DNA of 64,000 nt, taken from the NCBI GenBank assembly GCA_030141605.1, contig JAQGDQ010000002.1, forward strand, positions 806,001 to 870,000, in the 5' to 3' direction. The notes beneath the pieces were generated by a model. The model was not told the DNA's origin and searched no databases. It was given only the letters and a program-made list of their open reading frames with translations. Within the stretch, counting starts at the first letter, position 1; each line of letters begins with the position of its first letter. This document shows, piece after piece, positions 13,190 through 26,813 of this stretch. The position numbers were made by a program, and so were the translations under genes. Source of the stretch: Tubiluchus corallicola (taxonomy: Eukaryota > Animalia > Priapulida).

Positions 13190-15164
13190 ACACTCTCTGT
13201 CTCTCTCTCCCTCCCCTTTTCATTGCCAGTGCAGGCCTAGGAAGCGAAAGCAAAAAAGTGAAAAAAGATAAATCATCTTACAAATAACTACGTCCTACCT
13301 AAATGTTTGTACCACTGAGTTTGTTTGGGTGGCTTGTTTCGGCGATGAACCATGAAGGATTTTGTTAGCATGATCAGCGAAGAAATAACAAATTCTGAAC
13401 TGGCACCATGCATTATTACTAAACTTTCTGTTAATAGTTGATTAAACACTTATTAATAACAACTATAAACTGTGACATTTAGATCACTAGCGAAACGGCA
13501 GCAGCAGCAAAATGCACAACGTCAACTATAAAGGGCAAAGGGCAGTGCGTTCACTTTGCAAACTACGGGCGTAAAGGTTTCAACTGCAATAATTTACGAA
13601 CAGCAATAAAATTTTATCATGAATTACACCGAAATGACCCGACAATTTCCAAACCTTTTTAATGAACGGGTAATCAACGAATATAAACTGATGCAGTGAA
13701 ACACTGCAACTGGGTAGCAAAACCGTTTATATGTGAACTCCTCATTTCCTGGGTCAGCCCTTAACTGTCACTGTCACGAGTAAGAAAAAGTACATTTGTC
13801 GTGACAAACCACAGTACTATCAGGCGGAAAACGTTTTATATTTCTGATAGTAAATGTATCATACAAAGTGGTAGCATTATAGCCTTGCCTGACATTGAAG
13901 TTAATGATCAAGTTATGCACTTTCTTTTGTTTGCATGATTTCGTTCAAAATTGTAAATTTTGTTTAATTTTTTAATCATGTTTTGCAGTATCACACTTTA
14001 TAATGATAAAAATTAATTGTCAGTTATATTTGTGATATTAATATAAAATTGATAACAGTGCCATAATTAATACTATATAATATTAGCTATTTAAAAACTA
14101 GCTAACTGGATAACCTACGGGTTCTTTGCCACCCTCCTTTACTTCATTAATATTATATGCAATGTTTCTAATCTAATTATTTTATGGAGTTAATAAAATG
14201 AATTGAATCGAATTAGACTAGCGCATCTTTAAGCCCAGCAAGTAAAATCACAGATCGTATCGTCATTTTGCGGTACGAATAGTAACGATACCTCTGTAAA
14301 AACTTTCTAATCTGGTTTTAGTAGATTTTATGAAACTGACCAGCAAAATGTTTGTTACTATTTAACAACAACAAAAAAATCGAAAAGATTAATTTTGGAG
14401 CCGTTATGACATAAATTGACCCATGAATAATACTACAGGTATTGTGTTCCTTACTTCACCACATCTCTAATTAAATGGCAAGGCTGTCACGCGGGAATCA
14501 AGCTCAAAATCATTATTGACATCCTCTGCTATTATACTGCTGCAATAACTACAGTAAGACGAGACCTAAATGTCAAAAGGAAAAATCGAAATACATTAAA
14601 CATGTGTGTATGATTCTGGTGCTATCTGAAGTAAATTCAAATCAGATGATACAATTATTCAAATAATTTATGATACACAATAATAAATAAGCATATCAGA
14701 TATAATGAGAACACATATGAAAAACGTCGTCTAGCGACGAAGTAAATTAAAAACCTTTAATAGTAACACAATTAATTTTTTAATTAATTACTAATAAATT
14801 TAAGCAATGGCGAAAACTAGGCAAAACTTCTTACAAGTTAGTGCCAAGCATATACAGAATCTTTATGTGCTACATGCAGCTTTTTGTACCCCGCACTGTT
14901 TGTAAGTGGCCATATTATGAAATTAAATTATAAAGCCTGTTAAGAAAAGTCGGGTGTCAGGTAAAAGTGCACAGATCAAAAATAAAGTGATGTAATTATG
15001 CATTAAATAGTGTTACGCTAAACATTTGGGCAAAACATCTTGTGTCCTGAACGTTTCCATAAATTATTTAATATTTTTGAAGCTTAAAAAGAAAATATCC
15101 AATGCATTGCAAAAACTACCCATGGTTTCACACTTAAACATAAAGTACATCGAACAAAATGAAC

Positions 15165-15520
15165 ATCGTGGTGATTTTAGTGATGAATCTGATGACATGA
15201 CCAAAACGGTAACGGCGATGATAGTGGTGATAATTATGATGATGTTGATGGCCATGATGCTGCTGAGGCAATGAAGGTGCGAAACATGATGTGCTAATGA
15301 TGATCATTGATGGCACAAGTGGTTATAAGATGATGAAAATGACAAAATTTAACTACAAAAATGAGATGAAAGCGATGACAGAGATTAAGCATGTAATGGT
15401 TGTGCTGATTATCATGGTGTTATTGTAGATGACACTGATGATGATGGCGATGACGACGACGACCATGATGATAACAATGATGATGAAGATGACAGTACTG
15501 GTGCTTGTGATAACGGTAAC
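15165..15520 (+). repeat. degenerate (GAT)n low-complexity repeat
   Basis: GAT/GAC/GGT triplet periodicity. Confidence 0.7.
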
Positions 15521-16714
15521 GTATTTCAAGTGTGATATTTTCATATTTAGCAGACAACAGATAGGCATGATGGTCAGCTGCTGACCACGCACTAATCACG
15601 GGGTCAACGGCTTGGCAGTTCTCAAGGCTATGTTTCCTTTACCTATCATTGATTGCTTCCTTGAACGTTATCATTATCTTCATGTAGAATCCATACATCC
15701 AGGCAAGCTTACAAATAATCCAGCAAACCAAATGCCACTGAAAGTGTGAGATTGATCCATAAATCAATATGGTGGCTAGGGAAGGTTAGCCCTAATGGCT
15801 TGTGCAAAGGCCACTAAATACTGATACACGAAAGAATACTATTCTAATTTAATATCTTTTCTTGGATACTTCAGGTGTTTCATATAGAATTTAACGAGCT
15901 TTATTTTGATAATTTATGTGGCTAGTTCATGATCAGAGAGCTGAATTAGAGGAAAGAAATCGATTTGAAACAGAAAGTGAAAGTGTTTTAATTGCAAATT
16001 CACTGGAAGCTCAGTGCCAAAGCCGCAGAAAGAAAATTTCTTTACCTAAAGTGGTGCCCTTTTTGTCCATCATGACGAATTCGATTGCAAAAAATGTCGG
16101 CTTCTAATTATTAATCATACACCAATACAACAAGACTGTGTTGATCCTATGGCATTTCATAAAAATACAAAAAAAATACAAAATGAAGTTCAACAAATTC
16201 TTTTCGGATTTATGCCTTTTTCGTTCACGATAAGTACAAAAGAATCTCCTTAAATTTCGCAAAACTAGACAACATGTAGTACCAGTTTTCCATATTTTTA
16301 AGATACACAAGGTCAGGAAATTTTGCGCACTTCTACTATATCGTCATTAAACAGTCACATAATGCAGCTTCTTTGGCAATACTTCTTGTACCTGACACAT
16401 TTCTGAAGTATCTACGAACACATGTTATAAGTATTTGCACAAATTGCCGTGACAGGTACCCGCATATACTGTGAGATACACCCTATTAACAGGAACTGAT
16501 ATTATTCAGGCGGAAACAGTCAAAATTTTATGCTCAGAAACATCCGTTGAAATCAACATATGTCCAAGTAGCTTACTGCATGAAGTTATTATAGAATAAT
16601 GAACGTGCACTCTTAGGTATCTCCAAAAATTCAATTACATATTTTATAAAGAGCTTTGTAATCCTTTCCATTTTCAACGCATGCCATTAAAAATATGTGG
16701 ATTTGTGATTTAAT

Positions 16715-16787
16715 TATTCATTCATTCCTTCGTTCATTCATTTAGTCATTCATTCATTCACTCATTCATTTATTCATTTACTCATTC
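16715..16787 (+). repeat. (ATTC)n tetranucleotide repeat
   Basis: seen directly. Confidence 0.85.
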
Positions 16788-18152
16788 AATAAGTGAACAT
16801 CAGATCATACGCAAGGTCGTCAAACTAAGAAGGTAATTCTGCTCTCACGGCTATGGTGGCAAGTAAACGATTAAATAACTAATGAATGTAGAAAGAAACA
16901 AGGTTTCAAATTAATGCTTCGGCTGGACTAAGTGCACGTTACTGAATTTCAGTGATAGGTAAAATAAGAGAAAGCAACTAAATTGAACTGGTATTTTCTG
17001 CTTACCAAAGCAAGTGCTCTATGCAGTTACCGACAATTAATTTTTTTCGCTGTTCGCACTGCCAACCGATTTAACTCATTCAGTTGTTTTACAAATTTAC
17101 AGTTGTCCCAAGTGAGGATTTAATCAACTCTAATGTCATATTTAGCTAATCAACTAGTCCTAGATAAAACAAGCCGCAAGACTTTTGAGCACTCACTCAC
17201 TTCTGTCAATATAGTACACTTTTCTTTGGGGATTACGTTGTTGTTGAGCTTGGGAAATGAAAAGTTCGAGTTAAACAGGAACTTTGAGCAAAGTAGCAAT
17301 TAAGGTTCACTGCCTTTTCTATTAACAACAAATCACCCTTTAATTCCGTGGAACGCTCACAATATGGACACCTGACAAAAATTATAAATATGCTCTCTAA
17401 TGAAGAGGCCCATCTAAGCACAGTATTTACAAAAAAACAAATAAGAACTGGATGTATTATGTATGTACAAAAATACCCAAATTGCTAGCTTGGTATTTGA
17501 CCTTTATCTCAATATTCGTGGCAGATGAAACACTGGTGACGTAAGCAAAGGCAATCTTACAGACAAGTAAACTAAAAAATTAAACAGTAAAAGCGTGAAT
17601 TTGATCTTCAACCGTACCACTTACGTTTAACACACAGAAGATAATTTCGTGATTACTAGAGTTTCGAGACAGAAGGACAAACAAACAACCAAACAACCAC
17701 TGTGCCAGAGTTTTGTTGGAAAATACAATACAGAAACGACTTCTTGCAGTTATAAACATAACAAATGCCAAGCAGAAACTATGAAAGTCAAAACAGAAAA
17801 ATTTAGAATTCGTGAGGCAATGACAATAATTCCCAGTGAGAGGAGATTTCATTGCGTTGCAGTCAGAACGCCCGAAAGACTTCTCTCACTTAAACGCACA
17901 TCAAACCGTAATAAAAATGAACTCTTGTAATCTAAAACCGTCAAAATGCCATAACTAGAAAGGCGGTAGTGATGATCTTAGATGACAGTGTTAAGAAGAA
18001 AATGACTGGAGTCTTCAGAGCGAGATAAAAACCACCAAAACTCCCTAAACCAATTTAGCGTCCTTATTCCTTACTAGAATTAATGAACTATAATGAAAAC
18101 ATATCTCTAGAGAAATCAATTTAGCAATAATTACCTAATTATCTTATTAATT

Positions 18153-18250
18153 CAGTACAGTCAATACAGTATAGTACAGTCCAGTACAGTACAATACAGT
18201 ACAGTCAGTACAGTTCAGTACAGTGCAGAATAGTTAAGCACAGTGCAGAA
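18153..18250 (+). repeat. (CAGTA)n pentamer repeat
   Basis: seen directly. Confidence 0.8.
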
Positions 18251-18515
18251 TAGGTATGTATTTTAAATTTTACCACAAACTCAAGCCTAAGAAAACCCTT
18301 AATTCTGCTAAACAAATATAGCAAATACATACGCATCCACAATAAGTTTGCACAATCGCAGTAAGCATGTTAATTTACTAACTCCTGCGTATACGGCGGC
18401 ACTATTTGAGGAAGTATATCGGTTTACTGGTAAAGCTCTACTAGCTAAAACTCTACCTAACCCAACACACAAAAACAGTCTACTACATAAAGTGAAAAAC
18501 CATATTCCGCTGCCT

Positions 18516-18578
18516 GTTGATGTGTACACAATCTCTATTGATGAGTGCACAATCTCTGTTGACGAGTGCACAATTTCT
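18516..18578 (+). repeat. 21-bp tandem repeat, 3 copies
   Basis: gttgatgtgtacacaatctct / attgatgagtgcacaatctct / gttgacgagtgcacaatttct. Confidence 0.85.
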
Positions 18579-19771
18579 GATGAACAATACTTTTGTATAT
18601 AGCTTAAAATAAAACTGGTCAGCACTTAGTTTTATTGACTGTTTATAACTAAATCCCTGCCAACAATGCATTTTGAAATTATCTGAAAAGTAAAATACAA
18701 AAGATGATTCTAATTTCTTTAAGACTACATGTAGATGTATTATTAATTATTTGCAGTTTAGATTTTGTTGAAAACCACGTAGTGCTTTAAAAAATTAAAA
18801 CGACACAAACTTAACACAAATTTCCAAATAGCCCATTCAGAAATTTAAGTACTTCACATTAAATGACGTCCGTTACGTTACACATGTGTGTTATCAATGA
18901 GACCATGTTCAGAGAAAAGACTTTCCACGTTCCATTTTTCATATTTTACTTTGTTAGCTTTTTTCATTCTATCAGTGTTTTAGCGGAGTAAAAAATGGCC
19001 CCATTAAAGAAGAAAACGTGGCAGAAAAACATTGGTTACAGATGACAGCGATCACAATTTAGGACTAACCATTTCTTAAATCACAACAAAAACATCAATA
19101 ATAACTCAAGAAACACAGACCTAACTTATTCAATGGTGAACAAATATTCTATTTACACTCGTCTCGAAATGATTATAGCTTTTCATAAGCATTATAATAA
19201 ACAAAGATTTACCATATCAATACTTTCAGTAAAAATGTTGTTTTATAGTCTTTTGGTTGTAGAGAGATATTTTATAGTTACTGCCAGTTTTCCACAATTA
19301 AAAGAGATCTAATATAAAGTCTCTGTATAAGCTTCTGTACTGTGCAATTCGTGTAGGGTGACAGACGGCCAACAATTAGGGTGGACTGGCGACAATGACG
19401 TACAAAACAGGTACACTGTTAGACTAGTTAGTGCCCAGTAAGTTAAGTCTTAACAGACATTTCAAGTACATTTTCTTCAAGACATAATTAGCATGTAGAC
19501 AAAGATATATACGCTCAAGTACGTCACCGTATGTTTAACTATGCAAATTCAACACCTTAAACACGCATGTACACCACTAATTAAGTCCACGATTGTTCTT
19601 TCTTAAATGAATCATAATTACGAGTAAAAGTAATGATGGAACCACCAAAATTGGCTTCGTAAATCATAGGCAAAACGATTGTCCTGATTACTGAAATGCC
19701 CGCGGCAAAGACGATAAAGAAAAATGATATAAAAATAATAGTAAAGCATAATCTATAACAGATCAGCTTAC

Positions 19772-20314
19772 CTTTCCAGTGTTAGGAAGTAGAACAGTAA
19801 TTAATGTGTCCATATTTGTACCATTCCTGTTGTAAATTCGTTTGTCTCGTATGTTTACTAACAAAAGCCGTATCGTCCATATTTCCCTATTCTGCTGACG
19901 TCGTCCTATGTTCGATCAATATTCAACTGATTTGTCTTCTGCTTACGCACCAACTTCACAGTCGGCCGCGCTTGTTGCCATGGAAACCAGCAGCCCCAGC
20001 ATCCTTGAGATGTCACCGACATATATGTGGTTAAACCTGCAATGACGACAAGTTTTGCAACCTGTGACTTCTGACGTCATTTGGATTTCAAAACCTGCAG
20101 AGGCGTCCAGTAGTACAGTTTTTAGACAATTGTCATTTATCACGTTGTGGCTTCTTCTGCTAGGACTGGGAAACCGATAACTGAGTCGCCTCAGACTACG
20201 TGGCCGTCTAGTATATATAAGATGCCAAAATTGTTAGAAGCGTAGCATTCGTAATTTATCCTGCTGTCTCTAAAGGTCTCAATAAGTTCACTTTGTTTAC
20301 TGTACTACACTAAG
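19772..20314 (-). other. candidate upstream (5' UTR or short coding) exon of RasGRP
   Basis: acceptor ttttttttattccag at 20315, strong donor AAG|GTAAGC at 19772/19771, CpG-richer; ATG at 19813 (MDTLITVLLPNTGK) ends in phase 0, matching the acceptor at 13236. Confidence 0.45.
19974..19987. promoter_or_regulatory. RFX X-box
   Basis: GTTGCCATGGAAAC, canonical 14-bp X-box; full CRE TGACGTCA at 20072-20079 nearby. Confidence 0.6.
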
Positions 20315-20456
20315 CTGGAATAAAAAAAAGTAAACAAATAAAGAAGACCGTGGTTAGGTAAAAGTACAATTAACCACATCGGCCTAACTTGAAAGCGTGA
20401 ACAAGACATATACAGATTTATTTATCAAAAACGTGTTTCTATACCGACGTTAACAC

Positions 20457-20860
20457 TAGGGCTGAGCAGCGAACGTTCGAGTTCGAACAGATCTAATTCG
20501 AATCGAACGAGTTTTTTTAATTCGAATTCGATTCAAACCTAAAATCATGAATTCCTATAATTCACCACTTTAACTACATACGTTCTTTATCATTAAACGG
20601 CTTGCAACAGCTTGCAATCTACCACAATTTTGCGCGATGTCAACAAATTATGAGTGTTTTTACTGCAGAACAAAATCAAGAAATTCGCATAATCTTTGCG
20701 AAACTGCTTTTTATTCATGATTCGAAAACTTATTCGAAAATCTTTATAACTGAATTCGATTCGGATTCGAAATCTTAAAATTCGATTTCATTCGAGTTCT
20801 AAAGTCAAAAATTCGATTTGATTCGAATTCGTCTTCTGGTAAGAGAATGCTCACCCCTTA
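20457..20860. mobile_element. hAT-type MITE (404 bp)
   Basis: TIRs TAGGGCTGAGCA / TGCTCACCCCTTA; perfect 8-bp TSD GTTAACAC (20449-20456 and 20861-20868); subterminal TTCGA/TCGAA arrays. Confidence 0.88.
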
Positions 20861-22179
20861 GTTAACACGTCTTAAAATTCAAATTTCATAATCAATATAG
20901 CAATCTTCTGACGCGTCAACTAAAACAAAAAATGTTCTAAATTGTTACCTCTCTTGCGATTACTAAACACCTCTTCATAGCCCGAAATGCAGTGCTCGTT
21001 TTGTTTCTAAAAACTCTTTAGAAATTCCAGCAGTATAAATAACACTTCCGAGAAACTTGTCATAAAAACTTTCCATAGCTTTTTTCGATTTCATTTCAAC
21101 CCTGTACTATACAACAGGTTTATCATTCGCCTGTATTTACCTATCTACTATAATTACATGTACAATATTAATGTGCATATTCCAATCAATGATAAGCTGG
21201 TTAATTATTGCGCGTAATGTTGATTGCATAACCAGGCAGTACGTCATCTAAACTTAGTCTACCATTGGCCTTTTGATGAATAATCCATTAGCTAATTGCT
21301 TTAACTGATGCCGCTTTCCTTTGTGTGTGCATTGATGTCACAGACCGCGTATCTATTATACAAACAATGCATTTTAACGAATTGGTTTTTCCGTACTTGC
21401 AATACCAATGTAATATATTGCAAGTGGTAGAAATTTTAAAGTCGTCTAGTAAGCAAGAAACTTCTGTTTTCTCAAAAATTTAACAGCTGATGGCTGGTGC
21501 TTCAACCCTGTTACCTTTAGTTCAACAAAGTTCGGCTCAAACACAAAAAGAGGCGCTATTACAATATTCGATAATATTTATTAACCGATTGAGTAAAAAT
21601 CTAATATTTCCAGCACAGAAATTGAGTCCAGAGCTTCCCGGTTACCGAAGCTGGCATCAAAAGGGAATTAACCAGTTTTTCTATTGTGAAGGATTACTAT
21701 AGTGACATTTTAAGCGTTCATTTCCTTAGTTATATTTACTTCTTCACATTAGCCTATTTCACAAATAACGTGTTTAATTAGAAGTAAAATCTCAATGCTC
21801 TTCGCGAAAGTAAGAAGTTCGCACATTAAACTTATTCAATATCCATTAAGTTTATATGCACGCCGGGCATTGGTTAATGTTCAGCTATGAATTTTTGATG
21901 AATTTCTGTCAGGTTACGTTAATTTAACAGTTTAAACTGTGAAACCATAACACAAGCAAGCAGGTAGCGCACGGAAAAAAATATTAACTGATTTACACAC
22001 ATAAACATTTAAATTACGCATGAAGCAAGGTGCAACTTTGCCTATTTTTTTTCTATGCCATAATTAGATTATGCTACACTATACTATGCTATGTGGTGCT
22101 GTCTTTATTGTGTTTGCAACTAAAATTTTACGTAAACTCGGCCTAACTCCGGGCTTTCACACCATGAAACACTATAAGC

Positions 22180-22680
22180 CAGTGCCCGGATTTAAACTTG
22201 GTGAGGCCCTAAGCTATATGAAGCGCTGAAGCCCTTTTTTTTAAATTACACCAGCTGGTCTCAGAAAACTTGAAAATATATATGACTTTTAATTATTTAA
22301 GAGCAAAGTGAGCAATACAAATTATTTTCAAATGAATGCATTTACTGATTACATATTAATAATTCAATTAAATATTTTGTAACATACAGTGTGGCATTTG
22401 TTTACTGAATATAGTAAGTAATAAAGAACGTGTTTGCAAAATGACCCAAATACTAAATTTAGGAGGAATAGTAAAAACTGAAAAAATGTCGCTATACGCC
22501 GAAAAAATGTCGCTATGCGCTGAACGGACAATAACGAACGGTGACATCAGTACTACATACAGCTTCGAGTAATGTGACAGGATTACCTGTCATTCCAATT
22601 TGTAATCTTTTTTGAGGCCCGACCCTCACTCAGAGGCCCAAATCCTTAGTTTGTTTAGCTCGCACCTAAATCCGGCATTG
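22180..22680. mobile_element. MITE, probably hAT-type (about 500 bp)
   Basis: TIRs CAGTGCCCGGATTTA / TAAATCCGGCATTG; subterminal GAGGCCC motifs at both ends; TSD degraded (ctataagc / acgaaagc). Confidence 0.7.
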
Positions 22681-25600
22681 ACGAAAGCTATAGCAAAAAT
22701 GGAATTCTGCATTGATACGCAATGAAGTTTTGCTTTATATTACACTAAACATCTGTGAAAAACACCGTCATAATTGATTCTAATATAGATATAATTGGAA
22801 ATCACAGCCACTGTCATATTTTGTGTCGGTGTAAAATATTTTACTGATTGTTGTTATTTGATACCAACTAATGAATCAGTTGGCTGTCACTGGTGTTTAT
22901 CGATTTTGCCTGGCTACATGTACCTCAGCGCTCGACATAGACACATTTCAGCTTACAGTTATTACAACGCAAATTTTTAAAAAGTGTAAAAAATTCAAAT
23001 CTACTGAATATGAGTAATCTACTATTTGTTACAATTACTCCATAACTGCAAATGAAATGTACAAACTAAAACTACATTTTTATATTAAAACTCACTACAT
23101 TACTCAACTACGTGCTATGTTATACCAGTGAACAATATTATAAAACTGCTCTACAGGCAAATGCATTGTACAAACTAAAAGTACATCTATAAAAAACAAT
23201 AAAATTATTTTACAATAATTTATCTGTGTTTATTAAGACAATCTTTGGCAATGTAAAGTAAGAGTACATACATATATGTAATGGAGTAAAAAAATTATAG
23301 AAAGGGATTCCAATTGCAACAATAATTGCTACTAAATATAATGGGATAAGGTGTAATTTCTGTAGCATACATTGACCAGCTTAACTATATTATGTTTCGC
23401 TAAAGGTTAATGAATCCGTAAATGTATAAAAACTAAAATAATATTACTTGCTGACTAACATTCGCTAATTTTTATTACAGATTTCCATAAAGCCATACAA
23501 AAAAATTAATGCCAAAGCATTTAACGCTTGCAACAGAATAACATGTAAAGAAGCTCGAAAACTCGATTATTAGAAGTTGCACTGAAAAAGCCAAAAGAAA
23601 TTCTGTTCTAGATGCCTTGTAGTCAAGACTTCATAACTACTGCTCGGAATGTGTAATAGAAATACATTTAACAAAGAACGTCATTTTGTTGAGCTCATTA
23701 CTGACGGAACAAAATGTCCTCTAATGTCCATGGCCTGCATGATTTAAGCTTAGTATATTGTTTTATGAAAGATTTTTAAGCATTGTCTTGTTTGGTTTTA
23801 GCATGTAACCTACTAAGCCTAGTGATGTTTAATAAAAAAAGAAAATTGGATCCATTACTGTCTGGCTTCTATTGTTACTCGAGTGGGGCAGTTGGTTTTG
23901 TCTTCCCAATCTTCTTCCTTTTCAAATTACTTCACTCTCACCTAATCTAAAAACTCCAAGCAGAAGACATAAATACTCTAAAACGAAAGACAACTCAGTA
24001 TTTCTATTGTACAACATCATATCATAGGACCATGGAATTTCACTGCAAGGTCTTTATCTTTTTTAATGAAGTTTTTTTGTAACATATTAATCAATAAGTG
24101 AAAAATAAAATAATAAATAGAGAAATTAGAATGAGAAAAAGGTGTTACCACAATGGCGACTTTTTTGTCGTACACAGCTAAACGAATCTGAAGTGATCAA
24201 GTGTAAATGTGCTATGAATGGGCTTAGCTACTGGGTTTAGGGAGATTAAAAACGTTCTCTATTTTCACATTAGGCTGTTACAAACTTGTGCTGTTAAAAC
24301 AAACATGTATTGTAATGTGAATCAAAGACACAATTAAACACACATACAAAAAATATTAAAGTACTCTAAAGACACTAATATAGAGAAGAGGCTGTATAAC
24401 CGTAACAAACAAGACAGGCAAGTTTAGTGCTATAATAAAGCAATTTTACTAGTTCAACCAGATATATAAATTCCTCTACTCTTCACAAGTTCAGCTTACG
24501 CAATATATAACACAGAACAGGGAGAGAAAACAGCTGAGTGATCATGGTGTGTGCTTAGCTACAAAGTTAACAAATGCCAAGTCTGGTTAATAAATGGATT
24601 GGTGGCTTTCAACTTTTGGGCAAATTCATCTGCCAAGTTGCACCCCACCTATTTCTCTTGTTAAATGAGAAAAAAAGGCGAATTTTAAAGTACATCTCAA
24701 AAAACTCCATACAAAGTTATATTACTTGGCATCATGCTTACCCGTCTGAAAGACTTATCCAATTGAAAGAGAAAATTCTATACATACTCTTGTTCTTGCC
24801 AGCTGGTAAAACGTCGCTGTTTCACTATCCCAATAACACCAAAAACGTAACTGGCACACCAAAAAACATATTATTAACCTTATCGACAAGATCCAGTAAT
24901 TTATTCTTTTGCTTAATTTGTGAGGCATGCGCTACGAATGTCATCATAGGAGTTTAAATCTTCAAGTTTTCTCCATCACTGCTATTAATATAAGTTCTGT
25001 GCAATTTAAGAAAATATGTAGGTGATAGAAAATTTCAAGACAATTTCTTGAGCTTTATGTAACAATAGTTTTTTTTGTGCCTGAACCACCTACACTGAGC
25101 AGGCATGCTATCAAGTGCTGCATCCTAGTTCACAAAATACCCAGCAACAAAAAAAAACAGTGTTCAAAGTTGCATTATACATTCACAAGTTTAAAACATT
25201 TTTTGGAATTTCCTGTAGTAAAACTGGAATGTCTGTTTAAACATCATACATATAAATCACTTTAAACTACTTAGTTCACAATAGGATGCACACAGATTAA
25301 CTATAATAAAATGATTTAGACATAAGAGAGTAATGAAAGCTAATCATACTTCAATCAAATCTTCACTAAAATGACTTTAGCACAAAAATAACTGTAAAAA
25401 ATCAGAGATTGTCATTAATTAAAGATTGTGACATCAGAATATCACATTTAGTCTGGAAATATTCATTAAAAAGGTATGAAAGTTCAAGATTATTTTAAAG
25501 AAGCATGATTAATTAAGTACATTTTCACAACTACATTATGCAATTGCAAATATTAGACAAGTTTTATAAAGTTCATTAATCAACTGCACGTCTGATGCCA

Positions 25601-26624
25601 GTGAATAAGTAAAAGAGAGAATACCTTTGGTAATAGTTAGTCAGGCATTGCTGGCAAGTTTGCTGTCTTTGTGTATGTGTGCATTACCCAAAGTACAGGT
25701 AAAAAGTATAACACTTTTTATATTGTGCATATACAGCAGTAAATGAAGATTTAGAATTTACCACACCGTTATACTTTATTTTATTGTAAAATTTTGATTG
25801 AAGGTGTCTGTAATTTGATACAAGACTTTCTGATCATCAAAGAATATTTCAAAGCAATAAAATAACATTGCACAATTTTTTTATTCTGTTAAAATTTATG
25901 GAAATTAATTAAAGGTTTCCCTGATTCAAGTTATGAATACATTCAAATAAATAACATAATTAGTAATTGCATGGACGGAATAACACACAAAAGCAGTTGC
26001 CACAAAAATTAAGTGTACATCCAATTAGATTCAGGCATGTGCTATCCTAAAAATCAGTTATGAAAAACTCAGGCCTTGTAGTTCTTCCAATAAGATTAGG
26101 TAAGATTAAAATCTCATAATGTGAAACAGTGCATGTTAATCGTCTGCAACCAATATGCCAAGGAAAATTTTTTAAGTGACCATAACTAGCAATGTAAGTG
26201 ATGACAGATATGACTAAAAAAGTAGTAATATAATAACTGTACACACACATTATATAACAATATAACAGCACTAATGAAAGCCCTACGCATGAAGCCATGT
26301 TCAGTTTAAGCAATTGAGATTAAAATTAAGCACACCACGTATTTCACCTTCCTCAGGACAAAGTATTCTGCTTCAGGCAGCCTCATACTTTCCTGAGGCA
26401 GGAAAATATCTGCCCCATCTATATACGACAACATTGAAACTTTAGAATAAACTTCCATCTAAAAACAATGATTCCAAACAAACATTCTCCTTTATGCATA
26501 CAACATTGAACAAATAGCATTAAATAACTCACTGGGTGACTGGATTTTAAGAATTTACTGTGAAACTGCTGGGATAAACTCAATAAATCATCAGCTACTA
26601 CTGGCTTTAATGATGTAAGACAAC

Positions 26625-26813
26625 TCACAACACAGCTGAGTGACAAACTTCGTTCAGCATAAGCTCAAAACTTTTACACTTATCTCGCAACTTGTAACAC
26701 TCCTTCTCAGCTAGTTTTTGTCTTTCTTCCGTGATTTGTAATGCCTTCACTAGTTCTGCATTTTCTAAGTACAAGTCCTTTACCAATTTATCTCGATGAC
26801 CTGCCTGTGTTAC
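26625..26813 (-). CDS. NIN: ninein terminal coding exon
   Basis: VTQAGHRDKLVKDLYLENAELVKALQITEERQKLAEKECYKLRDKCKSFELMLNEVCHSAVL*. Confidence 0.9.
   Translation of the reverse strand, partial: VTQAGHRDKLVKDLYLENAELVKALQITEERQKLAEKECYKLRDKCKSFELMLNEVCHSAVL

Noticed and set aside
18348-18602. 84-aa ORF as a LINE ORF2 C-terminal fragment
   Set aside because: Resemblance too vague and partly made of a 21-bp tandem repeat
26340-26405. SECIS element after the ninein TGA
   Set aside because: AUGA..AA..UGAG is present but helix II does not pair; a different hairpin fits better and readthrough would add only five codons
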